NCBI GenBank assembly: GCA_965223425.1
Contig: OZ245003.1
Location: forward strand, 352,001 to 416,000
From: Nitrosopumilus sp.
Lineage (GTDB): Archaea; Thermoproteota; Nitrososphaeria; Nitrososphaerales; Nitrosopumilaceae
Direction of reading: 5' to 3'
Length of the DNA: 64,000 bases
Translations under genes and position numbers: made by a program
The notes under the pieces: generated by a model
What the model was told of the DNA's origin: nothing
Databases searched by the model: none
The model's input: the letters and a program-made list of their open reading frames with translations, nothing else
In this document: piece after piece, positions 1-9,712 of the stretch
How positions within the stretch are numbered: position 1 is the stretch's first letter
Layout: each line of letters begins with the position of its first letter

Positions 1-1131
1 TCCGCGGCCTCTTTTTTTCCGGCATCTCAAGTGCCATTCCCGTGTAGTGATTGGCATCCCTGGTACCCCTTGTCTGCAAGTACCCGTATCCTGTCCTTTT
101 CCGGAGTGTCTTTTTTGTACATGGATTTAGACCACCTGCCAAAGTCTATCGGATCCTCTCTTATCATGGTAAGGTCGTGCGTCCCGCCCTCAAAGGACCT
201 GCCTGCTGCAAGTATCAGGCCTGCCTTGTTTGTTGTTATGGTGGTGTTAATCGTAAAGCGCTTCTTTTTGCCAGAGTACGTGTCTTTTCTTTTATCCCTG
301 TCCTGCGGACGCTGCCTTGGCACCACCTCGGTGCCGTCAATTATGATGGTTCTGTCCGGCATTAGCTGCTCTAGCTGCCCTGATGTCTCGGCCTTTTTTA
401 CCAGACGGGTCATCCTGTCTGCAGTAGGCAGAATCTTTGCCAGCACGGAATCTGCGAACCGGAGGTACCTGCACACGGTGGACTGGTCAACATCAAACAG
501 CGCCCCAGAGCGTCCTGCGTCACGTTTGAGCGCCTGCGGAACAGCGCAAGCAGCAGGACGGACCTGCGGCCAGGCAGGCAGCGGTTTCCGGGATCCGGTG
601 TCCCGTCCTCTGAAAAGAGCGGCGCGTCTTTGTTGTGCCTCTTTGACTCTACCACAAAGTCATTGCAGATGTAGTCAAACTGGTCAAGGTCATATGGTAA
701 TCCCTGCAAGCTTTGCGCTGTTGTGCAGTATGCCGTGGATCACCTCCCTGATGTGCAGCAGCGACGTGTCCGTATCAGAGCGGCCTGCATCTGTAACGGC
801 CCACAGGCCGTCCTCGCGCAGCAGCTGCTGCTCGCGCAGCAGGCCAATCGTCTTCTCGCGCCTGCTGATTGCTGCGTCCTTTTGCTTGATTGCTCTGTTG
901 TTCTGCTTGATTGCTCTGTTGTTCTGCTTGATTGCTCTGTTGTTCTGCTTGATTGCTGTGTCCTTTTGCTTGATTGCTCTGTTGTTCTGCTTGATTGCTG
1001 TGTCCTTTTGCTTGAGCTCCCTTTGCAGCCTGCGTATAGTCTGTTCTGAAGATTCCATTACCTGTTGCGGCGATCAAAATGGATCTAAATCTTTCGGAAA
1101 AATTTTTATGATTCAATTATGCATAAAGTCT
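1..1131 (-). mobile_element. IS5-family (DDE_Tnp_4-type) element, frameshifted transposase with N-terminal coiled-coil repeat
   Basis: ORF pieces 690..1058, 410..709 and 27..476 join across frameshifts (LAGIT/YDLDQFDY...QDALG/FDVDQSTVCRY...IIIDGTE...YSGKKKR...DKGYQG). Left end AGACTTTATGCATAATTGA at 1131. Confidence 0.8.
867..1013 (-). repeat. 7 x 21-bp tandem repeat encoding KQNNRAI/KQKDTAI heptads
   Basis: Units GATTGCTCTGTTGTTCTGCTT / GATTGCTGTGTCCTTTTGCTT read directly. Confidence 0.95.
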
Positions 1132-1260
1132 CTTGCAGGGATTACCTCGTATGACCTTGACCAGTTTGACTACATCTACAATGACTTTGTGGCAGAGTCA
1201 AAGAAGCACAACAAAGACGCGCCGCTCTTTTCAGAGGACGAAACACCGGATCCCGGAAAC
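1132..1260 (+). pseudogene. Internal fragment of a second IS5-family copy, inverted relative to 584..710
   Basis: Encodes LAGITSYDLDQFDYIYNDFVAESKKHNKDAPLFSEDETPDPGN, near-identical to the minus-strand copy. Confidence 0.85.
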
Positions 1261-2728
1261 GTAAGAGGCTAGGTTAGTCACGAACTCAAACATTCTAGAT
1301 CATGCTGATCCAAATTCGATGATCCCTGATTCTGTCTAATGAGTGACTCGGAGATCAAGATATTACGGGATGCTCTGGCAAAATCATTTGCTGAAAACGA
1401 CAACTTGCGAAAGATTGTCAGCCAGTTGGCAGGCGATGTAAAAAAATCACAGGCAAGGGAAGCCGAGAAGGATTTGACAATAGCGGAACTAAAGAGGCGC
1501 GTAGCGTTCTACGAGAATCCGCACTCACCGCCGTCGGCAAACTCCATTCCCACGCGCCGAAAAAAGGCAGACCGTGCAAAAGGCGGTTCCTCCTCCTCCT
1601 CCTCCTCCCCTCCAAACAAGGGCGGAGCATGCGCCGACGTGGCCTGCCCATCCCACAAGAGAAGGCCTTGTCACACAACGGTGCACAGGCCAAAGAAATG
1701 CGCAAAGTGCGGCAGCAAAGGCATTGCCGTTACAAAAACCACGACAAAGATGACAGTCGACATTCCGGAGATTCCAAGGACCGTATCCACAAACAACGTC
1801 ATACAGCACTGCACCTGCAGGTGCGGACATGTCACAACGCCCCGGGTCGGAATAGACGGAACATCGATTGGCAAGAACCTCATGACAATAATCATGTCGA
1901 TGTATAAACAAGGCTGCAGCCTGAACTCAATCAGGGAGGCAGCAAGCCTGTATGACACGTCAATCTGCAAAAAAACAATACAAAACGCGCTGTTTGCATT
2001 AGGAGGAGCGTTAGAGTCAGAGGTAGAGTCATGGAAAGAAAAGATTGGCAGATCAAAATACCTGAAACTTGATGAGACGTCATATACAATATACGACAAA
2101 CTGGGATATGTCTGGGTATGCATCGGTGATGATGCGGTACTGATTCATGTGGACAGAAGCAGGGCCGCTGCCGTACTGGATCTTCACTTTCCTCACTGGG
2201 ATATTCCCGTGACAGTCGACGGTTATGCGGCATACAACAGTTTCAGAACAATTCAACGGTGCTGGTCACACATACTGTGTGATGCCGAATTTGAACAGGA
2301 TGATGGTGATGATGATGATGAACCAAAAACCATGCTGTATGAGAAACTGCGTTTGCTATACCACGATGCAAAGCAGGTTGCGCTGCGGCCTGACGCGCAC
2401 ACGCATTATGGCTCGTTTGTGATCTCCTGCACGGCAATTGCGGATTCGTACAAGGGTTGTCCGGACTGCAAGTTCGGAGACAAGCTGGAAAAGGCCACAC
2501 CAAACCTGCTTACGTTTCTAAAGCATCCCGGAATGGATCCCACAAACAACGAATCAGAAAGGATGCTTCGCCGGGTCGTCATATCGCGCAAGATTAGACA
2601 GCGTCTTGTCACCGAAGCAGGCATGAAGGTATTTGGCATACTTGTGAGCTGCTTGCTGACATGGCAGAAAAGGGGCACCAGCATTCAAGAAGAGATACTG
2701 AAACTGTACTAGAGACCTAGCCTCTTAC
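1261..2728 (+). mobile_element. IS66-family element (single ORF, ISBst12-like)
   Basis: Perfect 14-bp TIR GTAAGAGGCTAGGT (1261-1274) / ACCTAGCCTCTTAC (2715-2728); no target duplication seen. Confidence 0.9.
1339..2712 (+). CDS. IS66-family transposase
   Basis: Coiled coil, PPS motif, CxxC...CxC zinc ribbon, LDET, VDGY, QRCWSH, PTNNESERMLR. Confidence 0.9.
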   Translation: MSDSEIKILRDALAKSFAENDNLRKIVSQLAGDVKKSQAREAEKDLTIAELKRRVAFYENPHSPPSANSIPTRRKKADRAKGGSSSSSSSPPNKGGACADVACPSHKRRPCHTTVHRPKKCAKCGSKGIAVTKTTTKMTVDIPEIPRTVSTNNVIQHCTCRCGHVTTPRVGIDGTSIGKNLMTIIMSMYKQGCSLNSIREAASLYDTSICKKTIQNALFALGGALESEVESWKEKIGRSKYLKLDETSYTIYDKLGYVWVCIGDDAVLIHVDRSRAAAVLDLHFPHWDIPVTVDGYAAYNSFRTIQRCWSHILCDAEFEQDDGDDDDEPKTMLYEKLRLLYHDAKQVALRPDAHTHYGSFVISCTAIADSYKGCPDCKFGDKLEKATPNLLTFLKHPGMDPTNNESERMLRRVVISRKIRQRLVTEAGMKVFGILVSCLLTWQKRGTSIQEEILKLY

Positions 2729-3311
2729 GAAGGGAATCAGATGGCTGCATGAAATCAATCTGACAGAAGTTGACAGGATGGCAATGAACACATATCTTGA
2801 AAACATTGAGATGAATCAAAAACAGATTGACACATTTGAGACAAAGATTGCTACAATTAGCAACGAGGATGAAAGAACAAGACTAATCATGACAATACCT
2901 GGAATAAGCTATGTCACGGCACTGACAATAATATCCGAGATAGTTGATATTAACAGATTTGCAACAGTAGAGAAATTAGTGTCATATGCGGGACTTGCAC
3001 CATCACACAGAGACAGCGGAGAGACGCAAAAAGGAGGAGGCGGAATAACAAAACGGGGTTCTGCATGGCTGCGCAATGCAATGGTGGAGGCTGCAAACAC
3101 TACGATACGATTTGATCCAAGGATGGAATCATTTTATTCAAGAATTGCAAAAAGGAGAGGAAAACAAAAGGCAAGGATAGCAGCTGCAAGGCAGATGATG
3201 CTTGAGATAATCTGGTACATGCTAACAAACATGGAGGAATACCGCACACAGAATCACGAGTTGACGCAAAGAAAGTATAAGAAGATGCAGGACAAATCAG
3301 AAACGTCCTGA
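2729..3311 (+). pseudogene. IS110-family transposase, C-terminal half only
   Basis: TIPGISYVTALTIISEIVDINRF...YAGLAPSHRDSG...ITKRGSAWLR; the N-terminal DEDD domain is missing at the IS66 junction. Confidence 0.85.
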
Positions 3312-3591
3312 TTCAGCAAAGCACACTAAGAATGGCCCGCAGTAGGATAAGAGACGATTTCGTATGGGAGAACCATTAGGATGTACAAATGTCGGTGTAC
3401 TCCGGCATGTATATCTTCCAAATAGGGAGGAGAGAAATTTGGAATTATCACTAGCAGTTTGGGGTTTTGAAGTTCTGTATAGATGAGAAGCTGCGTGGAA
3501 TGTAGGTGTCTGCTAAATGGGAATCCATACGATGAATCACAACTCCCAGCTATTCGCAATAGATCCAGAGACAACCGCCAAAATTCAATAG
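3312..3591 (+). ncRNA. Candidate IS110 3' non-coding end / bridge-like RNA
   Basis: Long-range stem TCGTATGG(3360)/CCATACGA(3525) and hairpin TTCCAAAT(3416)/ATTTGGAA(3437) directly after the IS110 stop. Confidence 0.4.
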
Positions 3592-3647
3592 GGCATGATC
3601 TAAGCCCATATGTAACCATTATTTAGAACCATATCAAATGTTTGTGT

Positions 3648-4040
3648 ATGTATGATAATTGGATGAGAAGACGGTGGTTTGACTTTAGGATGGGGCACAC
3701 CGTATACCTGATATTCCTGCTCTCGTTTGCCAACTTCGTCCTGATCTTCTACAGGTTGTTAATTGAGAGGGTGGACTTTCTAAACGAGGTAGTTAGTGAT
3801 CTATGGATCTTCATGGTTCTGTTCATCTCAATCTATATCCCAGTGGCCATGCTGGTGGGCGCATGGCACAGAAAGACGCAGATCAAGGTGGAAGCCGACG
3901 TGGGCATGCTACAAAGCCCGCTTGCCGCCAAGATATTCCGTGTGATGATAGACATACAGACCGGAAATATATCAAAGGAGGATCTCGAGGCCATGCGGAA
4001 TATGCTCAAGAAAATCGAGGAAGGGCGAGGACAAGAGTGA
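3648..4040 (+). CDS. Hypothetical membrane protein (2 TM)
   Basis: ORF with two hydrophobic segments and a WFDFRMGH motif. Confidence 0.75.
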   Translation: MYDNWMRRRWFDFRMGHTVYLIFLLSFANFVLIFYRLLIERVDFLNEVVSDLWIFMVLFISIYIPVAMLVGAWHRKTQIKVEADVGMLQSPLAAKIFRVMIDIQTGNISKEDLEAMRNMLKKIEEGRGQE

Positions 4041-4089
4041 CGAAGTGCTACTGCCATGCACTACCGGTCTAGGCTATGGGCATTTTGTC

Positions 4090-4998
4090 CTATGTGTATC
4101 CAGTGCCCAGCTTTCCTATCTTCTTCCAGTCCAGTATGTCCTTTACGGGGTTTGAACCTTGATAGATAAAATCGAGGAAGGCCTTGGATCTGGCATCCTT
4201 TACGGCTGGATGATTCGGGTTCTTCCTAGCCCACGTAAAGCCGCGGTACAGGTATGGCATGTCTAGCAGTATGGATTTTACGCGGATCTTAAAGTCCAGA
4301 CTACCGACTAAATACCCTGTAAGCTTATCCGGGTTTGCCCCGTACCATACGCCGTTTGCAAACTGCCTCCAAGGTATGTCGTTGTTGTTGTAGTCCAAGC
4401 TGTTGGCACCTATGGTAGATTCTGCCACCGTGTCTTTTCCCTTTGACTGGAACTGCTCGATCAATATTGTGTCACAGCCATTGTAGACGCTGCGCAACTT
4501 CGCAAAATCCACATGGTCAAAGTATGACCTCCTGTATATCCAGTACGTGCCGGTATTAGGAGGTCGGATGATCTGGTTTGTCCTGTATATGATGCCGGTT
4601 ATGAGATCGCGCAGCGTCCTGACGGGCCGTCTTTCTTGATACATGATCATCGGCGTCTGGGGGCCGACTCGGTCATATCCGCCTAACATACGCCTTTGGA
4701 GTATGGAGTCTATATTGTACGCCAGTATCTTTTCATGTGATGCGGCCTTGATGCACTCGTGTAATACGTGTGCCAAATGCATCTTCCACTCACCGGAACG
4801 TTCGACTTTTACTGTGCGCGCGTTTGCGTGCCCGGACGATGCAGCCTCTATGATGTCTAAAAACCCTGAATCGGTCGGCTTGTCTACGCCTATTATAGTC
4901 TCGGTAGGCCGAAGCGCCACGGCAGCGCGAAGGGATCTCTCGACGAACCTGCGCTCCCGCGGTGTGTCGCGTATGGCTACTATGAGGCTGAACTCCAT
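4090..4998 (-). CDS. Putative GT-A fold glycosyltransferase-like protein
   Basis: Likely start MEFSLIVAIRD; IIGVD, and NIDS as a DXD-like motif; lies among glycosylation genes. Confidence 0.55.
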   Translation of the reverse strand: MEFSLIVAIRDTPRERRFVERSLRAAVALRPTETIIGVDKPTDSGFLDIIEAASSGHANARTVKVERSGEWKMHLAHVLHECIKAASHEKILAYNIDSILQRRMLGGYDRVGPQTPMIMYQERRPVRTLRDLITGIIYRTNQIIRPPNTGTYWIYRRSYFDHVDFAKLRSVYNGCDTILIEQFQSKGKDTVAESTIGANSLDYNNNDIPWRQFANGVWYGANPDKLTGYLVGSLDFKIRVKSILLDMPYLYRGFTWARKNPNHPAVKDARSKAFLDFIYQGSNPVKDILDWKKIGKLGTGYT

Positions 4999-5134
4999 TG
5001 CAGACCGGGTCGCCTTACCGCGATTACCGTAGGTCAATGTCAGGTGTGGGTGCAAGGCGCATATAATTATTGCTTGGATGTGTGGACAAAGCATAATCCC
5101 AGTTTTGAGATAAAATCCCAACCGCGTATACACA

Positions 5135-5304
5135 AGACTTTATGCACAATTGAACCGTCAAAATTTTTCCGAAAGATTTAGATCTATTTTGATCGCCGCA
5201 ACAGGTAATGGAATCTCCAAAACAGACGATATGCAGGCTGCAAAGGGAGCTCAAGCAAAAGGACAGAGCAATCAAGCAGAACAACAGAGCAATCAAGCAA
5301 AAGG
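5135..5304 (+). mobile_element. Truncated left end of the same IS5-family element
   Basis: Matches the reverse complement of ~960-1131, including the terminus and the first heptad repeats. Confidence 0.85.
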
Positions 5305-5477
5305 CCTAGATGTCAAATCCATCAAATCATTGTGATCTTTCATGCGATCTGTTTACCTCTACCGCATTTCTATTTGTATGTAGTCTTAGGTTTGTGTCCA
5401 TGACGATCAAGTCGCACTATAACATACTCCGAACCGATTACAGATAACATAAAATCATAGCTGCTCAAAGATGAAAG

Positions 5478-6473
5478 GTGGAAAATGGTCTAGTGGCAGG
5501 AGCTATCGCCGGCCCCGTCTTGGCATTCTTTGTGGTTTATGCTGCCACGCCGTACCTGATAAGGTGGCTTGAGAGCAAAAACATGTGCGTGGTGGATGTC
5601 AACAAGCCGGGTACAGTCATGGTAGCAAGGCCCGGCGGGATATCCATAATTTTGGGCATAGTGGCAGCAGAGCTTGCCCTGTACGCCCTGATGCCGCTAA
5701 GCGAGATACTAGCTGTAACTGCCACCACGGTTGCGGCGTTCACGGTGGGGCTAGTCGACGACCAAAAAAGGATGGGCGGGTGGTACAAACCAGTAGCCTT
5801 GGCCGCATGTGCAATCCCGATAATACTGCTGGGCGCATACGACTCTGACCTGGCGTTTCCCATATTTGGCGAGGTGCACATCCCGATACTGTACATCGTG
5901 GTGATCATAATGATGATCCCAATTACCGGAAACACGATCAACTCTATAGATGTGATAAACGGCGCCGCAAGCGGTTTCATGGTCATAGCCGGGGCGGCCC
6001 TTACAGCGTCGCTGTTCATAGTGCAAAACTACGAGGTTGCAATAGCAAGCCTGCCGCTGGTGTTTGCATCTCTTGCGTTTTACAGGTTCCACAAGAACCC
6101 AAGCAGGATCTTTCCGGGAGACTCGGGGGCGCTGACCTTTGGCGCCATGTACGGAGCGCTTGCCATAGTCGGCGGGGTGGAGGTCATCGCAGCAGTCGCC
6201 CTGCTTCCGGCCATAATCAACTCTTTTCTCTTTCTGGCCAGTACCAAGAGGATAGTAGAGTATAGGAAGATCAAGGCAAAGTCTACTGCTCACACCGAGG
6301 ACATGAGGATAAAGGCCACCGGAGAGAAGGACGCGCCAGTCACGCTGGTAGGGCTGATCGTCGCAGGCAGGCCGCTGACTGAAAGGCAGCTGTGCTCTGC
6401 AATACTCAGGCTTGCCGCATTCTCAGCTGTTCTTGCGGTGATCACGGCAGCCATGACAGGTGTGTGGGTGTGA
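5478..6473 (+). CDS. MraY/GPT-family polyprenyl-phosphate GlcNAc-1-phosphate transferase (AglH-like)
   Basis: ARPGG, GLVDD, NSIDVING and IFPGDSG motifs; multiple TM helices. Confidence 0.9.
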   Translation: MENGLVAGAIAGPVLAFFVVYAATPYLIRWLESKNMCVVDVNKPGTVMVARPGGISIILGIVAAELALYALMPLSEILAVTATTVAAFTVGLVDDQKRMGGWYKPVALAACAIPIILLGAYDSDLAFPIFGEVHIPILYIVVIIMMIPITGNTINSIDVINGAASGFMVIAGAALTASLFIVQNYEVAIASLPLVFASLAFYRFHKNPSRIFPGDSGALTFGAMYGALAIVGGVEVIAAVALLPAIINSFLFLASTKRIVEYRKIKAKSTAHTEDMRIKATGEKDAPVTLVGLIVAGRPLTERQLCSAILRLAAFSAVLAVITAAMTGVWV

Positions 6474-6709
6474 GCGGATCCCCGATAGTGATGTTCATCC
6501 TAGTGATGTGGGTTCTCATGCTGGCAGGCGGAGGCATCGCAGTAACGGTGCTCGGGTCATTCTCAGTAGCAGGCTTGGGGGGGGAGGCCCTTGATGGTGT
6601 CATATCGTCTGCTGCAAAGGCCATCATCGCAGTAGTCATGGTGGTACTCTGGGTGTTCATACTATCGAAGATCAAGAACTGGATGTTCCAAAGGCAGATG
6701 AGGCCCTAG
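6470..6709 (+). CDS. Small 2-TM protein coupled to the AglH-like gene
   Basis: GTGA overlap; paralogous to the remnant at 53481..53709. Confidence 0.75.
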   Translation: MSGSPIVMFILVMWVLMLAGGGIAVTVLGSFSVAGLGGEALDGVISSAAKAIIAVVMVVLWVFILSKIKNWMFQRQMRP

Positions 6710-7046
6710 GTCGCCTTGTACACGGTGCCACGGTATAGCATTTACGGTGATGTTTTCATGAGTCTTTTTTTCCCAGCAGGAATCTGTCTGTGTGTCATGC
6801 CTTCATCTAACCAGTAAACGGCGGATCTCATCTAATGGGATGGAAAATACAACAGCCTGTTGGCATCATGCAAACAAACCGTCTGAAACGCAGCATGCTG
6901 ACAACAGCAGCGCATGATCGTGCTTTTGGGAATTCTGATTGTACTGCATTCCTGTCTGGCACAGGACAGCAAGCATGCGGCATTGCGGAGGGATGCTTGT
7001 CCTATCTTGAGTGTTGTTTTCATCTCATCTGCTGGGTTGGAACGCA

Positions 7047-8084
7047 TCACTGGACTATTGATTTTATGACTTGGACCAGCTTGATGTAGGGGTCCTCCAT
7101 GGATGCGACCACCTTTCTAGCTCTCTGCTTGGCGGCGTTCTTTGAGGAGAGCATTCTCTCCACAACTGGGACGATCTTTTTCGGATCCTTCTCCCGTGTA
7201 GCCAGCCTCTTACTTACCACATAGCGCTCATAAAAATTAGGTACGGCATCATACGATATTGTGGGGACCCCCATCAGGGCCGACTCTGCCGTCATCGTCC
7301 CGCCTGAGCCGATGAATACGTCGCAGTCCTCAAGCAAGACCTTTCCGTCATACGACATGCTAATGTTTTTGATTTTGTTGCCGAATGTCTTAGTCAGGCT
7401 TCTCCTCTGGGCTGCGTATCTGGAAAGCACTATGATGTTCTCCCCTCCGTACTTTTTGAGAACATTGTTGATTATGGGGACTATTATGTTCCGGTTTACC
7501 ATGTACGAGGCCTGATCCTCTGGAGGCCTGATCAGGATGGTCTTTTTGTGTGGATTGAGACGGAGTCTGGCGTTCTTTGATACGTCCCTTTTGAGCATGA
7601 TGGCCGGGTCGATCGCATTATACTGTATGATGTCATTTTTGTCTATGCCGAATTTTATAAACGCGCTTTTTGGTATTATCCAAGGGATCAGCAGCTTGTC
7701 CAAGAACGGAGCTGACAGCTTCATGATTGCCGTCGCATGCGGCATGTCTGAGAATCCCACATACTTGATCCCAAGGCCGTATGCCACTCTGGATGCCTCC
7801 GGTGAGCAAAAACTTACTGCCACGTCAGGCGAATACTCGTGGACTATCTTTGATAGTGCGGCAGTCCTGCCCACGCTGGCTGTCAGCTTGCCAAACTTCT
7901 CCCCGCCACCGTGTTTTCCTACCAGCTTTACCGGAAGATTCCTGATCTCTGCGAGGTGGGATGCCTCCCTGTACCGGCGCGATGTGCACAGAACCCTATG
8001 TTTCTTCTTCCTCTTCAGATCCCTGACCATCGGCTCGAAAAACAACACCTCTTTTGGGGTAAGTATGTCAAACCAGATTTTCAA
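7047..8084 (-). CDS. DUF354-family GT-B-like protein
   Basis: MKIWFDILTPK...GKHGG...FIGSGGTMTAESALMGVPTIS. Confidence 0.85.
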   Translation of the reverse strand: MKIWFDILTPKEVLFFEPMVRDLKRKKKHRVLCTSRRYREASHLAEIRNLPVKLVGKHGGGEKFGKLTASVGRTAALSKIVHEYSPDVAVSFCSPEASRVAYGLGIKYVGFSDMPHATAIMKLSAPFLDKLLIPWIIPKSAFIKFGIDKNDIIQYNAIDPAIMLKRDVSKNARLRLNPHKKTILIRPPEDQASYMVNRNIIVPIINNVLKKYGGENIIVLSRYAAQRRSLTKTFGNKIKNISMSYDGKVLLEDCDVFIGSGGTMTAESALMGVPTISYDAVPNFYERYVVSKRLATREKDPKKIVPVVERMLSSKNAAKQRARKVVASMEDPYIKLVQVIKSIVQ

Positions 8085-8168
8085 ACATTTTTGTTGGAAT
8101 TTGCGGGGTCAATAAGTTTTTCCTAATCCTGACCCATTTGTAATGTCTTTGGTTGGTTCTTCTTCAAG

Positions 8169-8192
8169 TCAGTAGTTCCCAGATGTAGATTT
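8169..8192. repeat. 24-bp direct repeat of 8829..8852 (probable orphan ISH3 end)
   Basis: TCAGTAGTTCCCAGATGTAGATTT occurs at both positions. Confidence 0.85.
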
Positions 8193-8292
8193 GTGCCTAG
8201 ATGTAGATTTATGCTCAGATACTGGCGCGTTATCGCATAATTGCAATGCAAAGATCCAGATTAGGTTACGGTGTGCAAGATGTCATGAGCAT

Positions 8293-8601
8293 TCAAACAC
8301 AAGACGATCTGATCGTGCACCATATATCGTGATTGTCACTCAGTCTCTTTGCGGTGCGCAGAACTCCCACGGGGCCGTCCTGGTATGCATCAGTCACCAT
8401 TCGTATCTGGGCAGCTGTGACTGGGACGTGCGGCCTGCCCATCTTCACGCGTGTTGTTCCAATTTTCTGGAACCGGGCCCACAGCCTTCTTACGTGTCTT
8501 GCAGTGATGCCAAGATCCTTGGCTATCTTGGTGGAGACGATTCCCTTTTTGCGCTGTCTGATTATGTGTTGTCGGGATTTTTCTGTCAGTCTTTTTGCCA
8601 T
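8293..8601 (-). pseudogene. Transposase N-terminal HTH fragment (IS481-like)
   Basis: KIAKDLGITARHVRRLWARF...GRP; no catalytic domain follows. Confidence 0.65.
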
Positions 8602-8828
8602 AGCTTTTCTGGATCGGTACAGCCTGAAATAATCAGTTATTGTCCTACTGATCCTAGACGGACTTGCTTTTCGCACAATAGATGTTTACTTGGTTGGATA
8701 GAAAACTAAATGTAAACTCTGCATTTGATGAAGCATCAAAATTATATCAAAAATTACATACAATAAAAAATCAAATGTATGATAACAAACTTTGATTTGG
8801 AAATTTATTTTCTCTGAGTAGAAATACA

Positions 8829-9483
8829 TCAGTAGTTCCCAGATGTAGATTTACCGCAAACACAACTAGCATCGGTTCTACTTGCCTCGATCATTGACAA
8901 ACAACTCGTTTCTGCTTGTAATATGCGCGATAAACAGCACCATGGTAAGTTTTTTTCCTGCAGAAGACACTCTTCATGCCTCTTTCCTGCATCAAGGCAG
9001 AACTTGGCAATCCTCCACAGGTTGTACAGTAGCAACGGCGGCATGTAAAACATCAGCAGCCTCACAATCAGGGATTTGCTGCATGTCCTGCCCATGATTT
9101 CCTTTATGACGCGAAATCCCGTCTCGATGCCCCATCTTGCAGTACTGCTCCGGTATGATGTCTGTCATGGCTCTGTGGCACTCCTGATGGGAATGTTTGT
9201 TGCAAATGCAATGTATTGCTCCTCCTCCTTTTTTTCTTCCTCTTCCTCCTCTTCCTGTCTCTTTTGACAATTACAAGGTTGTAAGTCAGTTACGCCGTCT
9301 TTGTTGATCATTGACTGCTGCGATACCTAGTTTGCCTTTCCGTCCTCGTACAGCCTGACTGTCTTCTTGATCTTGGAGTTCATGATGACAGGCATGATAT
9401 AGCGGCACCCGCCCTTTCCTGCCATTGACAACATCAAAAAAATGGCAGATGACAAAAAACGACAGGCATGAAAATTGTGACAA
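8829..9483 (-). pseudogene. ISH3/IS4-family transposase remnant
   Basis: Frameshifted RWGIETGFRVIKEIMGRTCSKSLIVRLLMFY...LYNLW. Confidence 0.7.
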
Positions 9484-9554
9484 TTTGTGACGTTCTAGTC
9501 ATAAAATAGGCATGAATCCAACATTTTAAATAGAAATTGTGACACAAGTGTTAC

Positions 9555-9698
9555 ATGGCATTAAGAGACGTAAAACCCTTTGATGAAAAACAAATGACCC
9601 GACTAAAGGAGATCATGGCTAGAGGTTCTACTGAAAAACAAATTGAAAACTATCAAAGAGCTAAAGAACATGTCAAAAACGTAAAAGCAAACTTCTAG
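9555..9698 (+). CDS. 47-aa small protein, putative antitoxin
   Basis: Manually translated as MALRDVKPFDEKQMTRLKEIMARGSTEKQIENYQRAKEHVKNVKANF; ends 14 bp before the GNAT gene. Confidence 0.55.
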   Translation: MALRDVKPFDEKQMTRLKEIMARGSTEKQIENYQRAKEHVKNVKANF

Positions 9699-9712
9699 AT
9701 TTTTAAAATAAA

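Noticed and set aside
867-1013. 21-bp repeats as a CRISPR array
   Set aside because: The units are contiguous with no spacers and encode in-frame heptads. No CRISPR array was seen anywhere in the window.
31-1272. 413-aa plus-strand ORF
   Set aside because: Antisense shadow of the IS5 transposase; only its last ~45 codons are real (second-copy fragment).
6750-7046. Intergenic segment with overlapping short ORFs
   Set aside because: No motif, repeat or convincing structure found.
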